A model generated the notes under the pieces. It was given only the letters and a program-made list of their open reading frames with translations, was not told where the DNA came from and searched no databases. A program made the position numbers and the translations under genes. Below, piece by piece: positions 23,072 through 32,627 of a stretch of DNA of 32,627 nt. The stretch lies in NCBI RefSeq assembly GCF_004010195.1, contig NC_057726.1, positions 69,064,458 through 69,097,084 on the forward strand. Reading direction: 5' to 3'. Source of the stretch: Chiloscyllium plagiosum. Lineage: Eukaryota. Within the stretch, counting starts at the first letter, position 1. Each line of letters opens with the position of its first letter.

Positions 23072-23334
23072 TGAGTCAAAAATTGTGGTGCTGGCAAAGC
23101 ATAGCCATTCAGGTAGCATCTGAGGAGCAGGAGAGTTGATGTTTCGAACATAAGCTCATCATCAGGAATGATCAAGATGTTATGCTCGAAACGTCAACCC
23201 TCTTGCTCCTCGGATGCTGCTTATCTCAAAATGTCGACTGTCCAGTTCCTCGGATGCTGTCTGACCGGCTGTGCTTTGTCATCACCATACTTTTTGACTT
23301 TAGTCTCCAGCATCTGCAGTCCTCACTTTCTCTC
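23072..23334. mobile_element. Palindromic Penelope-derived insert
   Basis: Inverted arms; minus strand CUGAUGA-U-GAGC-UUAU-GUUC-GAAA-C-AUC at about 23137-23165. Confidence 0.75.
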
Positions 23335-24250
23335 AAAAGTGCATTTCGTCTTTAATATGAAAGGAAGATAGACAAAGAATTGGTTGAAAGTATTACAAAT
23401 TCTTACAACTATAATACTTGTCATGAGTAATGCTATCATTTATTAGTCACTCATGTTTCTGGGTTCACTTACAGCAACGTTGTTAATTAACTAATTTTTG
23501 TTATATTACAAGATGGGCATAGTTCGCTCGCCTGTTGTTCAACATGCTGTTCTGAAAAAAAAACTATCCCTAACACACCCCAAAACTCATTTGTCACAGT
23601 TGAGTGCTCATTAGTTTGCCAAACCTATATCCAGATTAAATCCCGTCATGCTCATTGCAAAACCCACGTGCGTTATTGCACCAATCTCTTTATTTTGCCT
23701 CTGCCTCACATTACTGCTATTGTTTGTAACTTATTAGTAACTACTACTGCTCCCTGCTGCTTGCTGTTACTTAGCTCCATCAGAGTATATCTCATTTGGT
23801 TGTTCCATCTGTGGTCCTTCTTGACTCGTTCACAGGTCCCATCCATTACTACTAGTGTAATACTACAATACAGTTTTCCCCTGCTATCTGAACGTTGAGC
23901 ATGCTTATGAAACCTTTCAAAAGCCAAAATGGCATAAAGTGAAGAACAATTAATTTATATTGGGAAAAAATTCACATTGTTTTCTTAAACGTGAACATTC
24001 TCTTCAGATTTCTTTCAGTTAGCGAAAGCAGGTAGTAATGTAAAAGTGAAGTGGCAAAATGTGACCTTTCAAAAAGCAGGGATGCCTGTATCATTTTTTT
24101 TCCCTTTGTCCAACCTGAATATCATTGAATAATCAGTTCACTTGAACATCCTGCAGTGTAATGGCAATTACACGATGGCCATTCATCTCTATTTATTTCA
24201 TTTTAATTATTTACCTTTTTGTAAGTGTGATGTGTATTGGCTTGACTGTA

Positions 24251-24529
24251 GATTAGATTAGACTACTTAAATTAGATTACTTACAGTGTGGAAACAGGCC
24301 TTTCGACCCAACAAGTTCACACCGACCCGCCGAAGCGCAACCCACTCAGACCCATTTTCCTACATTTACCCCTGCCGCTAACACTACAGGCAATTTAGCA
24401 TGGACAATTCTCCTAACCTGCACATTTTTGGACTGTGGGAGGAAACCGGAACACCCACAGGAAACCCACGCAGACACGGGGAGAATGTGTAAACTCCACA
24501 CAGTTAGTTGCTTGAGGCGGGAATTTGAA
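24251..24529 (-). mobile_element. V-SINE (HE1-like)
   Basis: (GATTA)n tail on + strand and well-preserved family core. Confidence 0.85.
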
Positions 24530-25013
24530 ATAGTCTTCTTTAACATGCTTCTAAGCTTTGCTAATGCGTACCATCATTTCCCCTGGTCTTGTCAGGTTGT
24601 AAAATGTCACCCCATATTTCAAGGAATCAGGTACAGAAGTGCAGATCTGAAGGGAACGAAGAATTCCCTCTGATAAAGCAATATTGCATAAAAAGTCTGA
24701 GACCATATATGTAAAATAAAATTGACTTTTTCTGTTTTGTTCTTTGAATGAAAGGAACACCAGTCGTTAATTGTGAAATTATCTCATTGCTATCTGTATG
24801 ACTGGGCTCCCAATCAATTGGTTGTGTCACATTGTTATCTCAACAAAAAATCTTCAGATAGAAATAAACAATTTGCTGGAAAATATTGCATGGCATTTTG
24901 TGTAAGTTAAATATTCTATGGAATTGGATTGCATATTCATTTTTACTAAAAGTCGTCATTGTCCATTTATTATAATTCAAGTAGTGTTATTGAAATGATT
25001 ATGGCGATTTAAT

Positions 25014-25266
25014 GGGCAGCATGGTGGCACAGTGGTTAGCAGTGTTGCCTTATAGTACCAGCGACCCAGGTTCAATTCCCTACCTCAGGCCACTGTCTGT
25101 GTGGAGTTTGTACATTATCTGCGTGGGTTTCCTCCCACAATCCAAAACTGTGCAGAGGTGAATTGGTCATGCTAAATCGCCCATAGTGTTGGGTAAATGT
25201 AGGGGGGTGGGTTGTTCTTCAGAGGGTCGGTTGGGCCGAAGGGCCTGTTTCCACACTCTAAGTGAT
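25014..25266 (+). mobile_element. V-SINE (HE1-like)
   Basis: GGGCAGCATGGTGGCACAGTGGTTAGC A box and GGTTCAATTCC B box. Confidence 0.85.
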
Positions 25267-25859
25267 CGAACTATTTCATTATTATTCAACTTACCGATAA
25301 ATTGTTGCTTCTATCAGTATAATCAACATATTATTTTATGCATTAAGTAAAGAAAAGTGAGGGAATGTCAGTTTCAAACCAATTAATGCACCAGATATTA
25401 TTATACTCACTTTGAGTTGTTCTTTTATTTCCAAAAGAAGAGGCATGTGGTTAAGTAACTTTATTTATCTTTGTAAAGGAAATTTGAATAATTCCTTCTG
25501 GATCTACAGTAAAAAGTACCCAGCATCTGTAATTTGAAACAAGATGTAATGTTGAACGATTTCTATACAAATGTTGTGCTCATGAAACTGAATTTCACAT
25601 AGTTCGTCTTCTGAGTTTTAACATATTTAACCATGAAGTTTCATAGTTTGCAACAATTAATAGAGTTACATCAGCAAATCAGGCACCTTTCTTTTTTTCC
25701 ACCGGCGAAAAGCTGCTACAGAAATGCTCACTGTTAAGAATGTAACAAAGTACCAGCAAACTCAAGGAGCCAAAGCAATTGTCATTGATTACTGTAGAAA
25801 CTTGGTTCTTGGCTCCAGAAAGTATAAATTAATGAATGTTAAACCCTAACTTTCCATAG

Positions 25860-25968
25860 GAAACAAGAGACAGCTGAAGACTGACTAACATACGCTGATC
25901 TTGAACTGGTCCATTCAAAGCAAGCTAAAATTCCTAAGCCACAGGATGAAAGAATAATATATGCAGAG
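25860..25968 (+). pseudogene. ITIM-encoding cytoplasmic exon interrupted by an in-frame TGA
   Basis: Acceptor CTTTCCATAG; motif frame reads KQETAED*LTYADLELVHSKQAKIPKPQDERIIYAE with TGA at 25882-25884; phase-0 donor GAG|GTATAT. All three frames stop before LTYADL. Confidence 0.75.
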
Positions 25969-26114
25969 GTATATCCAATTTTCTATTCACATATATGGAT
26001 ATAGTTATTATTTTCTTAATTACAACCATTTGGTTTTTTGGATAACGTTGGAAAATTCTCAGCTTTTTGTGAAACTTGAAGCAATAATGAACTATTTTCA
26101 ATGTTGTTTTACAG

Positions 26115-26243
26115 ACCAAAGAATGCATGAGTAAAAGTCAACTGACCTATGTTGCTCTGCATTTGAGTGGCCCCAAGTTAACATTGAAACCAGAACACAA
26201 AGATTCAACTCCATTGTATGCGGTGCTGAAAATCAGCAGCTAA
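26115..26243 (+). CDS. SIRP-like receptor, terminal coding exon with two tyrosine motifs
   Basis: Acceptor TTGTTTTACAG, phase 0; TKECMSKSQLTYVALHLSGPKLTLKPEHKDSTPLYAVLKISS*, containing ITIM LTYVAL and ITIM-like PLYAVL; TAA at 26241-26243. Confidence 0.8.
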   Translation, partial: TKECMSKSQLTYVALHLSGPKLTLKPEHKDSTPLYAVLKISS

Positions 26244-27641
26244 ATTGAAACATGCACAGACAAAATCAAGTGATGTTGGTATTCTGAGTGTTTTCTATCC
26301 TTTTCTGTCTGGTGTATTCCTTTTCCTGATTTTCATTACTTTTAAAAGTTAGTTGTTGACTTTGTTTTTTCCTTTAATATTTCACAAACCAAGTCTGTTT
26401 TGACTTCAAACTTGTTTAACATGTATCATTCAAGATCGCAACTAGCTTCATTCAAAATATTAACAAACCCATCATTCTCTTGAACTCTCCATTATATTTC
26501 ATATAAAAAAAGTATTACTGTTTTCTAATAGCTTTTGAAAAACACATACACCACCAGATTTTTCTCACCATTTCACTGTTATTTACATTATGAAAATACT
26601 TGATATTTTCATTTCCTTCCATCCTTTCTTTCAGTGTAGCATGAATCATTATATATACAAATCTCACAAGGAATCTTCACAGTTTTGACTGTGTCACGTA
26701 AATATGTCAGTTTTTCATTGTTTTGTTTTTCTAAATTTGTTCACATTTCATTGTTTTTTTAAAAATTTGAATTGGTTGTTCAATCCACTATCATTTAATA
26801 ATTAGCTGTAATTTCATTTACCATGTTCTGCAAAAGTATTTACGCCTTTCTTTTTTTCTGTCGTGAAGCTAAATAGCCCAAAGTAATAACTTTTTCCACT
26901 GAATGTGGGTGTCAATGGCTTGGTCAGCATTTATTGCCTATTCTTAATTGCGCTTTAATTAAGTGGCTCAGAAGGATAGTTCAGAGAGCCATTAAAAGTC
27001 AACTACATGACTTTGGGTTGTTGAATCACAGGATAGCACATTTCATTCTGTAATTGGCATTAATAATCCCAATATTTTTTACAAAAGTCATGAGTGTTGC
27101 ATGGTCTCACACTTCTGGATTTTAAAATTGGATTCAATTTTTCCCTTCTGCCATGGAGAAATTTTAATCCAGGTTCTCAGAACATTGGTCTGGGCCATCG
27201 AAATGAACATTATGCCAATGCCTCCTCAATTTTATTAATTGGCAATATTTTCTACTCAAGCATAACTCTTCAAGTGCAGGTAACAAATAATAGTACTCTA
27301 TGCACGCAATGTTTATGCCAATGTTTCAACCTTGATAACCCACTTGTCTGGCTGCCAACACTTTCCAACAAAGCAACTTCCTACCAATATAGGAATCAAC
27401 AGGAATCAAGGACCAAACTCTCTGCTGGTTGCAGTCATACCTGGCACATAAGAAGATGGTTGTGGTTGATGGAGGTCAGTCATGTCGTCCCCAGGACGTC
27501 TCTGCAGGAGTTCCTCAGTGTAGTGTCCTAGGCTCGACCATGAATGAATATGAATATCCTTTATTGTCATGTACATTCAAAATAAAATACAGTGAAATGT
27601 GTGCAGCATAGCCCGTATATAGCGCCATTTACAGAATAAAG

Positions 27642-27830
27642 GAGAAAGTGAGGACTGCAGATGTTGGAGATCAGAGTTGAAGAGTGTAATGCTGGAAAAG
27701 CACAGCCAGTTAGGCAGCATCTGAGGAGCAGGAGAGTCGACACTTCGGGCATGCCCTAACATCAACTCTACTGCTCTCCGGATGCTGCCTGACTGGCTGA
27801 GCTTTTCCAGCACCACAGTCTTTGATTCGT
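27642..27830. mobile_element. Palindromic Penelope-derived insert
   Basis: Inverted arms; direct repeat AGAATAAAG at 27633-27641 and 27831-27839. Confidence 0.75.
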
Positions 27831-28479
27831 AGAATAAAGTAAGGAAAGATAACTTAAAGGGAGTCCAACTTTCCTTGTTCACTGCTTTGCCACCACCAGA
27901 CTCTCACTTCGAGCTTTCCATCCCACGTGATGCTGCAGAGAATGATCTGCTTCAGTCTATACCAGTCCGTGCCATGCCACTGTCCGGCGCCTTCTCCACA
28001 TTGAAAATGAGAACCCCAATCATTAAATTCCAGGCCAACCGCTCAACGCAGCCTTCAAAACCACTGTCACCACTCCGGAGCTCATTGATACCGCCTCAAG
28101 TTGAAGATCTCCCTTGGACCCAATGAAATCCCAGATATGCTGCCTTACCGTTGATCTGAGGATGCGACTGATGTGCTGTTTTGGGACGTGGCCCTTTGGC
28201 CACTCTGGGGAAGCAGGCTCTCCGGATCTCACTCTGACCCATGTCCAATGTCTTTCCAGCCTGCACTGACTTTGCTGTCACTGCCGGGCACAACGTGCAT
28301 GTTCAGCTCCCGCCTTGTCCCAGGAAATGACTCCTTTCTTCAGGTTAGTTTTGGCGGGTATGAACAACAAAGGGGTTGAGGGAGAGCGAAAGAAAGAAGG
28401 AAAAGGGAGTGAATTTGCATTTGCAGAATTGTATTTGCAGATGCATTCTAGTTTGTTCACACAATCTGGTGGCAGTCAA

Positions 28480-28915
28480 TACTTTTTATAATCCACGTGA
28501 TATTTTATGAATTTCTACGTTGGAAATAGAACCAGTCTGATTCAAGATTAGAACATATACAGACTCTAACAATGCATTGACTGAGCTGCGATATCACCTC
28601 TTTTTTAAATAAAACCTTAAGTTATCTCGGGAATACGACTTGAAATAAATTCTGGTATTCGCATTTTAATGAATGAAACCTGCAACCCATTCTAAAAGAT
28701 GAAAGACTTAACAACAATCTATGTTCAATATATCGCATTATTGTATGACTCTCTAATTTTTGCCGTAAATTCTGTGTCCTATGATACCACTCCATTAGCC
28801 CATGACAAAGGAGCAGTCCTCCGAAAACTTGTACTTCCAAATAAACCTGTAGGACTGTCACCTGGTGTCGTGTGATTTTTAACTTTGTCCACCCCAGCCC
28901 AACACTCGCACCTAC
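28480..28915. mobile_element. Penelope-like element terminal fragment
   Basis: Reverse-complement relative of 19495-19712; degenerate hammerhead core ATGACAAAGGAGCAGTCCTCCGAAA near 28802-28826. Confidence 0.6.
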
Positions 28916-29251
28916 ACATTGTGAAATTAGAAGGTAGAGCAGTTTCTGCTAAAAAAGGAGTTAATTCAGGACAATTTGGAAATAATTTACCTCAGTTTAA
29001 ATCTTTAACTAGAACTTTGAAAGTGAGATTTGAAGCTGAGAGTGTCTAAATATGTTAGTGTGAATAATTAAGAGAGAGGCGATTGAACTCTCATGACCAG
29101 GAATTGAAATAAGCCATTAAGTCATACCTATGTAGCATTGTAAAGTAATGGGATGACATTTATAACATGTGCTTCCAAATAGTTTAAAATGCATTATACA
29201 TGAAAAGCTTGGATTATTTCATTTTCTCATCATATTTAATAGAAGAATAAT

Positions 29252-29572
29252 GGATCCCTACAGTCTGGAAGCAAGTCCACACTGATCCCCCAAAGACCTT
29301 TCCACCCAAACTCACTCCTCTTCCCTATCCCAGTAACCTTGCATATCCCATGGCGAACCCACCGAGCCTGCACATTCCTGGACATATGGGCAATTTAGAA
29401 TGGCCAATCCATCTAACATGCACATCTTTGGACTGTGGGAGTAATCTGGAATACTGGAGGAAGCTCACATAGACACAAGGGGAATGTGCAAACTCCACAC
29501 AGACAGGCACCCAAGAGTGGAATCGAACACCTGTCCCTGGTGCTGTGAGGCAGCACTGAGCCACCATGACAT
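29252..29572 (-). mobile_element. V-SINE (HE1-like)
   Basis: Family core and B box GTTCGATTCC on the minus strand. Confidence 0.75.
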
Positions 29573-29739
29573 GGTTGTGTATAATTGTTTGCGTAATAAA
29601 CTATTTTAAAATATTTTTGATAAGATGAATTAGCATCGTTTTGTGCATGCATTTCAGTGAAAAGAATACCTCATAAAAAAAGCTTGAACAAAAGCTTGAA
29701 CTCCATAGGGATAGAGTTTGTACGATGTAGGAGAAGAAA

Positions 29740-29933
29740 GCATGATGGCTCAGTGGTAAGCACTGCTGCCTCAGAGAGCCAGGTTTGATTCCAGCCTCAG
29801 GTAACAGTCTGCGTGGAGTTTGCACATTTCTCTATGTCCATCAGGAAGTTTGGTGGCCATCTCTTTGGAGAGTCTGTGCAGACTTGATGGGGCAAATGGC
29901 CTCTTTCTGCACTGTAGAAATTCTATGATTCTA
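29740..29933 (+). mobile_element. V-SINE (HE1-like), internally deleted
   Basis: TGGCTCAGTGGTAAGCACTGCTGCCTCA head and TTCTATGATTCTATG tail. Confidence 0.7.
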
Positions 29934-29939
29934 TGGCCA

Positions 29940-30485
29940 ACAAATCTGCTTGACATTCAATGGTATCATGGTTGATGACCTAATCCACTCTCCTGTCTTT
30001 TCACCATCGGTCATGATTCCCATCTGATTAAAAGACATTTGATCTTAGCCTTAAATATCCTGAGAGGTCCAATCTCAGCTGCTGTCTGTGGTAAAGAAAT
30101 TCCACTAATGCACTGTCCCCAAGCGAATAAACTCTGTCATCCTGGCCCACTGCTCGAGTCCGCGATTATGCCCTCTGGTTCTGAACTCTACACATGGATA
30201 GACCACGTTTCCTCATCACTGTTGTATGGATTTAAGAAGTTTGCCTCTCATTCCTCTGAACTCAAATGAGAACAGGCCCAACCTAATCAACCTCTCCTCA
30301 TAAGAAATTCCTCCATGTCATTATCAACACAGTGAACTTTTTTCAGCCTGCCTCCAATGTCAGTGCATATTTCCTCAGATAGTGATCAACATTGTTCACA
30401 GTTAGCTCGGTGTGGTCTATCTGGTTTTAGCAAGACATCCCTATGTTTGTATCCCATTCACTTTGAAATAAAGGGCAACATTCCA
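29940..30485 (-). mobile_element. CR1-clade LINE 3' fragment
   Basis: Decayed ORF2 C-terminus and 3' UTR similar to 30645-32390. Confidence 0.65.
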
Positions 30486-30494
30486 TATGATAGG

Positions 30495-30640
30495 GGAGTT
30501 AGTGATGTCATAGTAATGTCACTGGATTAGTAATCGAGACATGGCTTCATATCCCACCATGAAATGGCGAAATTTGCATTCAGTAAAATTTGGAAATAAA
30601 AACTAGCCAAATGATAACCTTGACAATTGTTGTAAAACCT
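30495..30640 (+). mobile_element. Deu/SacSINE-like SINE 5' fragment
   Basis: TAGTAATGTCACTGGATTAGTAATC...TTCATATCCCACCATG head followed by AATTGTTGTAAAACC. Confidence 0.45.
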
Positions 30641-30644
30641 CCAT

Positions 30645-32390
30645 AAGACCATAAGATCAAAAGATACAGAGGCAGAATTACGCAATTCAGCCTTGCTGTG
30701 CCATTCAATTGTGGCCGAGATGTTTCTGAAACCCTTTCTCCTACTTTCTCCTCATAACCTTGGATCCTCTTACCAACCAAGAACACATCTATTGCTCTTT
30801 TAAATATCCTCAATGACTTGGTCTCCATAGCACTCTGCAGCAATGAGTTCCATAGATTAACCACAATCTGCTGAAGAAATTCCTCCTCATCTTAATTCTG
30901 AAGAGTCATCCCTTCAATCCAGGCTGCACCCTCGGGTACTAGTCTCTCCCACGAGTGGAGACAAGGCCTCTCAGTATTCTGTAAAGGTCAATGAGATCCT
31001 CTTCAGCTTTGTAAATTTCAATCAAATATAACACATAACATAATGAATATAACACCGAATATAACAATTGTATCATATGACAAGCCATTCATCCCTGGGA
31101 TAATTCTTGTAAACCTCTCTGAAACCCCTCCAACACCAGCATATCCTTCCTTAGATCTGCTCACAATTTTCCAACTGTGGTCTGACCAAACCTCATACAG
31201 TGTCAGCAATACATCTCTGCTTTTGTATTCTAGCTTTCTTGAAATGAATGCAAACATTGCAGTTGACTTCCTAACCACCAACTAAAACGGAATGTTAACC
31301 TTAAGAGGATCTTGAGCTAGGTCTCTCAAATTCACTTATGCTTCAGATTTCTGAAGCATTTCCCCATCTTCCTACCAAAGTGCATAATCTCACACTTTCC
31401 CACATTGTATTCCATCTGCTACTTCTTTCCCCACTTGCCTCGTATGTTCAAGTCCTTCATCCGGCACCCCACATTCTCAGCATTACCTGTCCTTACACCT
31501 ATCTTTGTTCCACCTGCAAACTTACCAGCAATTCATTCACTTCCTTGTCCAGATCATTAATGGATAACATGACTAGTTGTGGTCCCAACAATGATAATTG
31601 TGGAGGTCTACTAGTCACGGGCTGCTGTTCTGAAAAAGACTCCTTTATCCCCACTCTCTGCCTTCTGGCAGTCATTCAATCCTCTATCCATGCTAGTGCC
31701 TTTCCATGAACAGAAAGAGCTCTTAATAAGCATCGTCCTGTGCAGTACCTTGTCAAAGGCCTCTGGAAACCCATATAGATCATGACCACTGGTTCTCCTT
31801 TGTCTAACTTGCCTATTACCACCATGTCAGGCAGGAACTCCCTTGATGAAGCCGGGCTGACTCCGTCCCATTTTACCATGCACTTCCAAGTATTCCTCAA
31901 TCTCATATTTAATAATGCTCTCTAATATCTTACCACCAACCAAGGTCAGGATAACCAGCCTATAGTTTCACTTGCTTCTTAAACAGGGGTGTTACATTAG
32001 TCATTTTCCAGTTCATTGGGACTGTCTCTGGCTTAAGTGATCCCTGAAAATTCGATACCAATGCCTCTATATCTCCTCAGTTATTTCCTTCAGAACTCTG
32101 GGGTGTAGTCCATCTGGTCTACATGATTTATCCACCTTCAAAGCTTTAAGCTTCCCCAATACCTTCTCCTAAGTGATGGCCATTACACTCATTTATGCTG
32201 CCTCACTCTCTTCATATTCTGGTGTGCTACTGGTGTCCTCCCCTCTGAAGACAGAGACAAAGTACCTATTCAATTTCTCCCTTATTTCTTTGCCACCCAA
32301 TCCTAATTCTCCAGCCTCATTTTCCAGGAGTCCAATGCATTTGCCATTATCTTACTTGTTAGTTACCAAAAAAACTTGCAATTTTCTTTT
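30645..32390 (-). mobile_element. CR1-clade LINE, ~1.7-kb 3' portion
   Basis: VNLWNSLLQSAME, FISRKLEYKSRDVLLTLY and LDKGEPVVMIYMGFQR are CR1 ORF2 motifs; tail (AAGACCAT)n on + strand. Confidence 0.85.
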
Positions 32391-32627
32391 ATAAAATGGT
32401 AGGGAGAATGCAGGTAAGTGTGTGAGAGGGACCATGCACATGTATGGGGTGGGGGTGTGTGTTTGCTGAAGGATGTGGAGAGGGAGAGTTCAGGGTGAGC
32501 AAGTTAGTGATGTTGATGGGTTGAGAGGAGTATTTTGGGGTTGAGCAAGAGAATCAAAGTAGACCGATCAAAAGAACAAGGAATAGTGTGTGGAGTGGGG
32601 TAAGGTCGATGAGATAGTAAAACATGA

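Noticed and set aside
25014-25085. tRNA gene
   Set aside because: A and B boxes belong to a SINE head contiguous with the SINE body.
25713-25741. 29-nt phase 0-to-2 bridging exon
   Set aside because: Weak splice sites, not needed given the dual-frame exon model, and it would not bypass the TGA.

Overview
Eukaryotic, AT-rich, repeat-dense DNA, most likely from a cartilaginous fish (inferred from HE1/V-SINE-like, Deu-type SINE, CR1 and Penelope-derived repeats). The window holds a tandem pair of + strand immunoglobulin-superfamily genes with leader-V-C1 architecture. The first (2796-4115) is a pseudogene. The second (12369-26243) is a spliced leader-V-C1-TM-cytoplasmic receptor whose tail encodes four tyrosine motifs arranged as in SIRP-alpha. 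The first pair of motifs sits behind an in-frame TGA, so the intact reading I can build (327 aa) skips that exon. Intron 3 of this gene contains an antisense, decayed class III (ERV-L/S-like) endogenous retrovirus with gag, pro, RT and env remnants, itself interrupted by a Tx1-clade LINE, two Penelope-derived inserts and a complex duplication. About ten Penelope-derived inserts, several palindromic and with target-site duplications, carry minimal hammerhead-ribozyme cores or decayed versions of them. Most ORFs in the supplied track are spurious. Exon models come from splice signals, phase and manual translation only; repeat boundaries are approximate.
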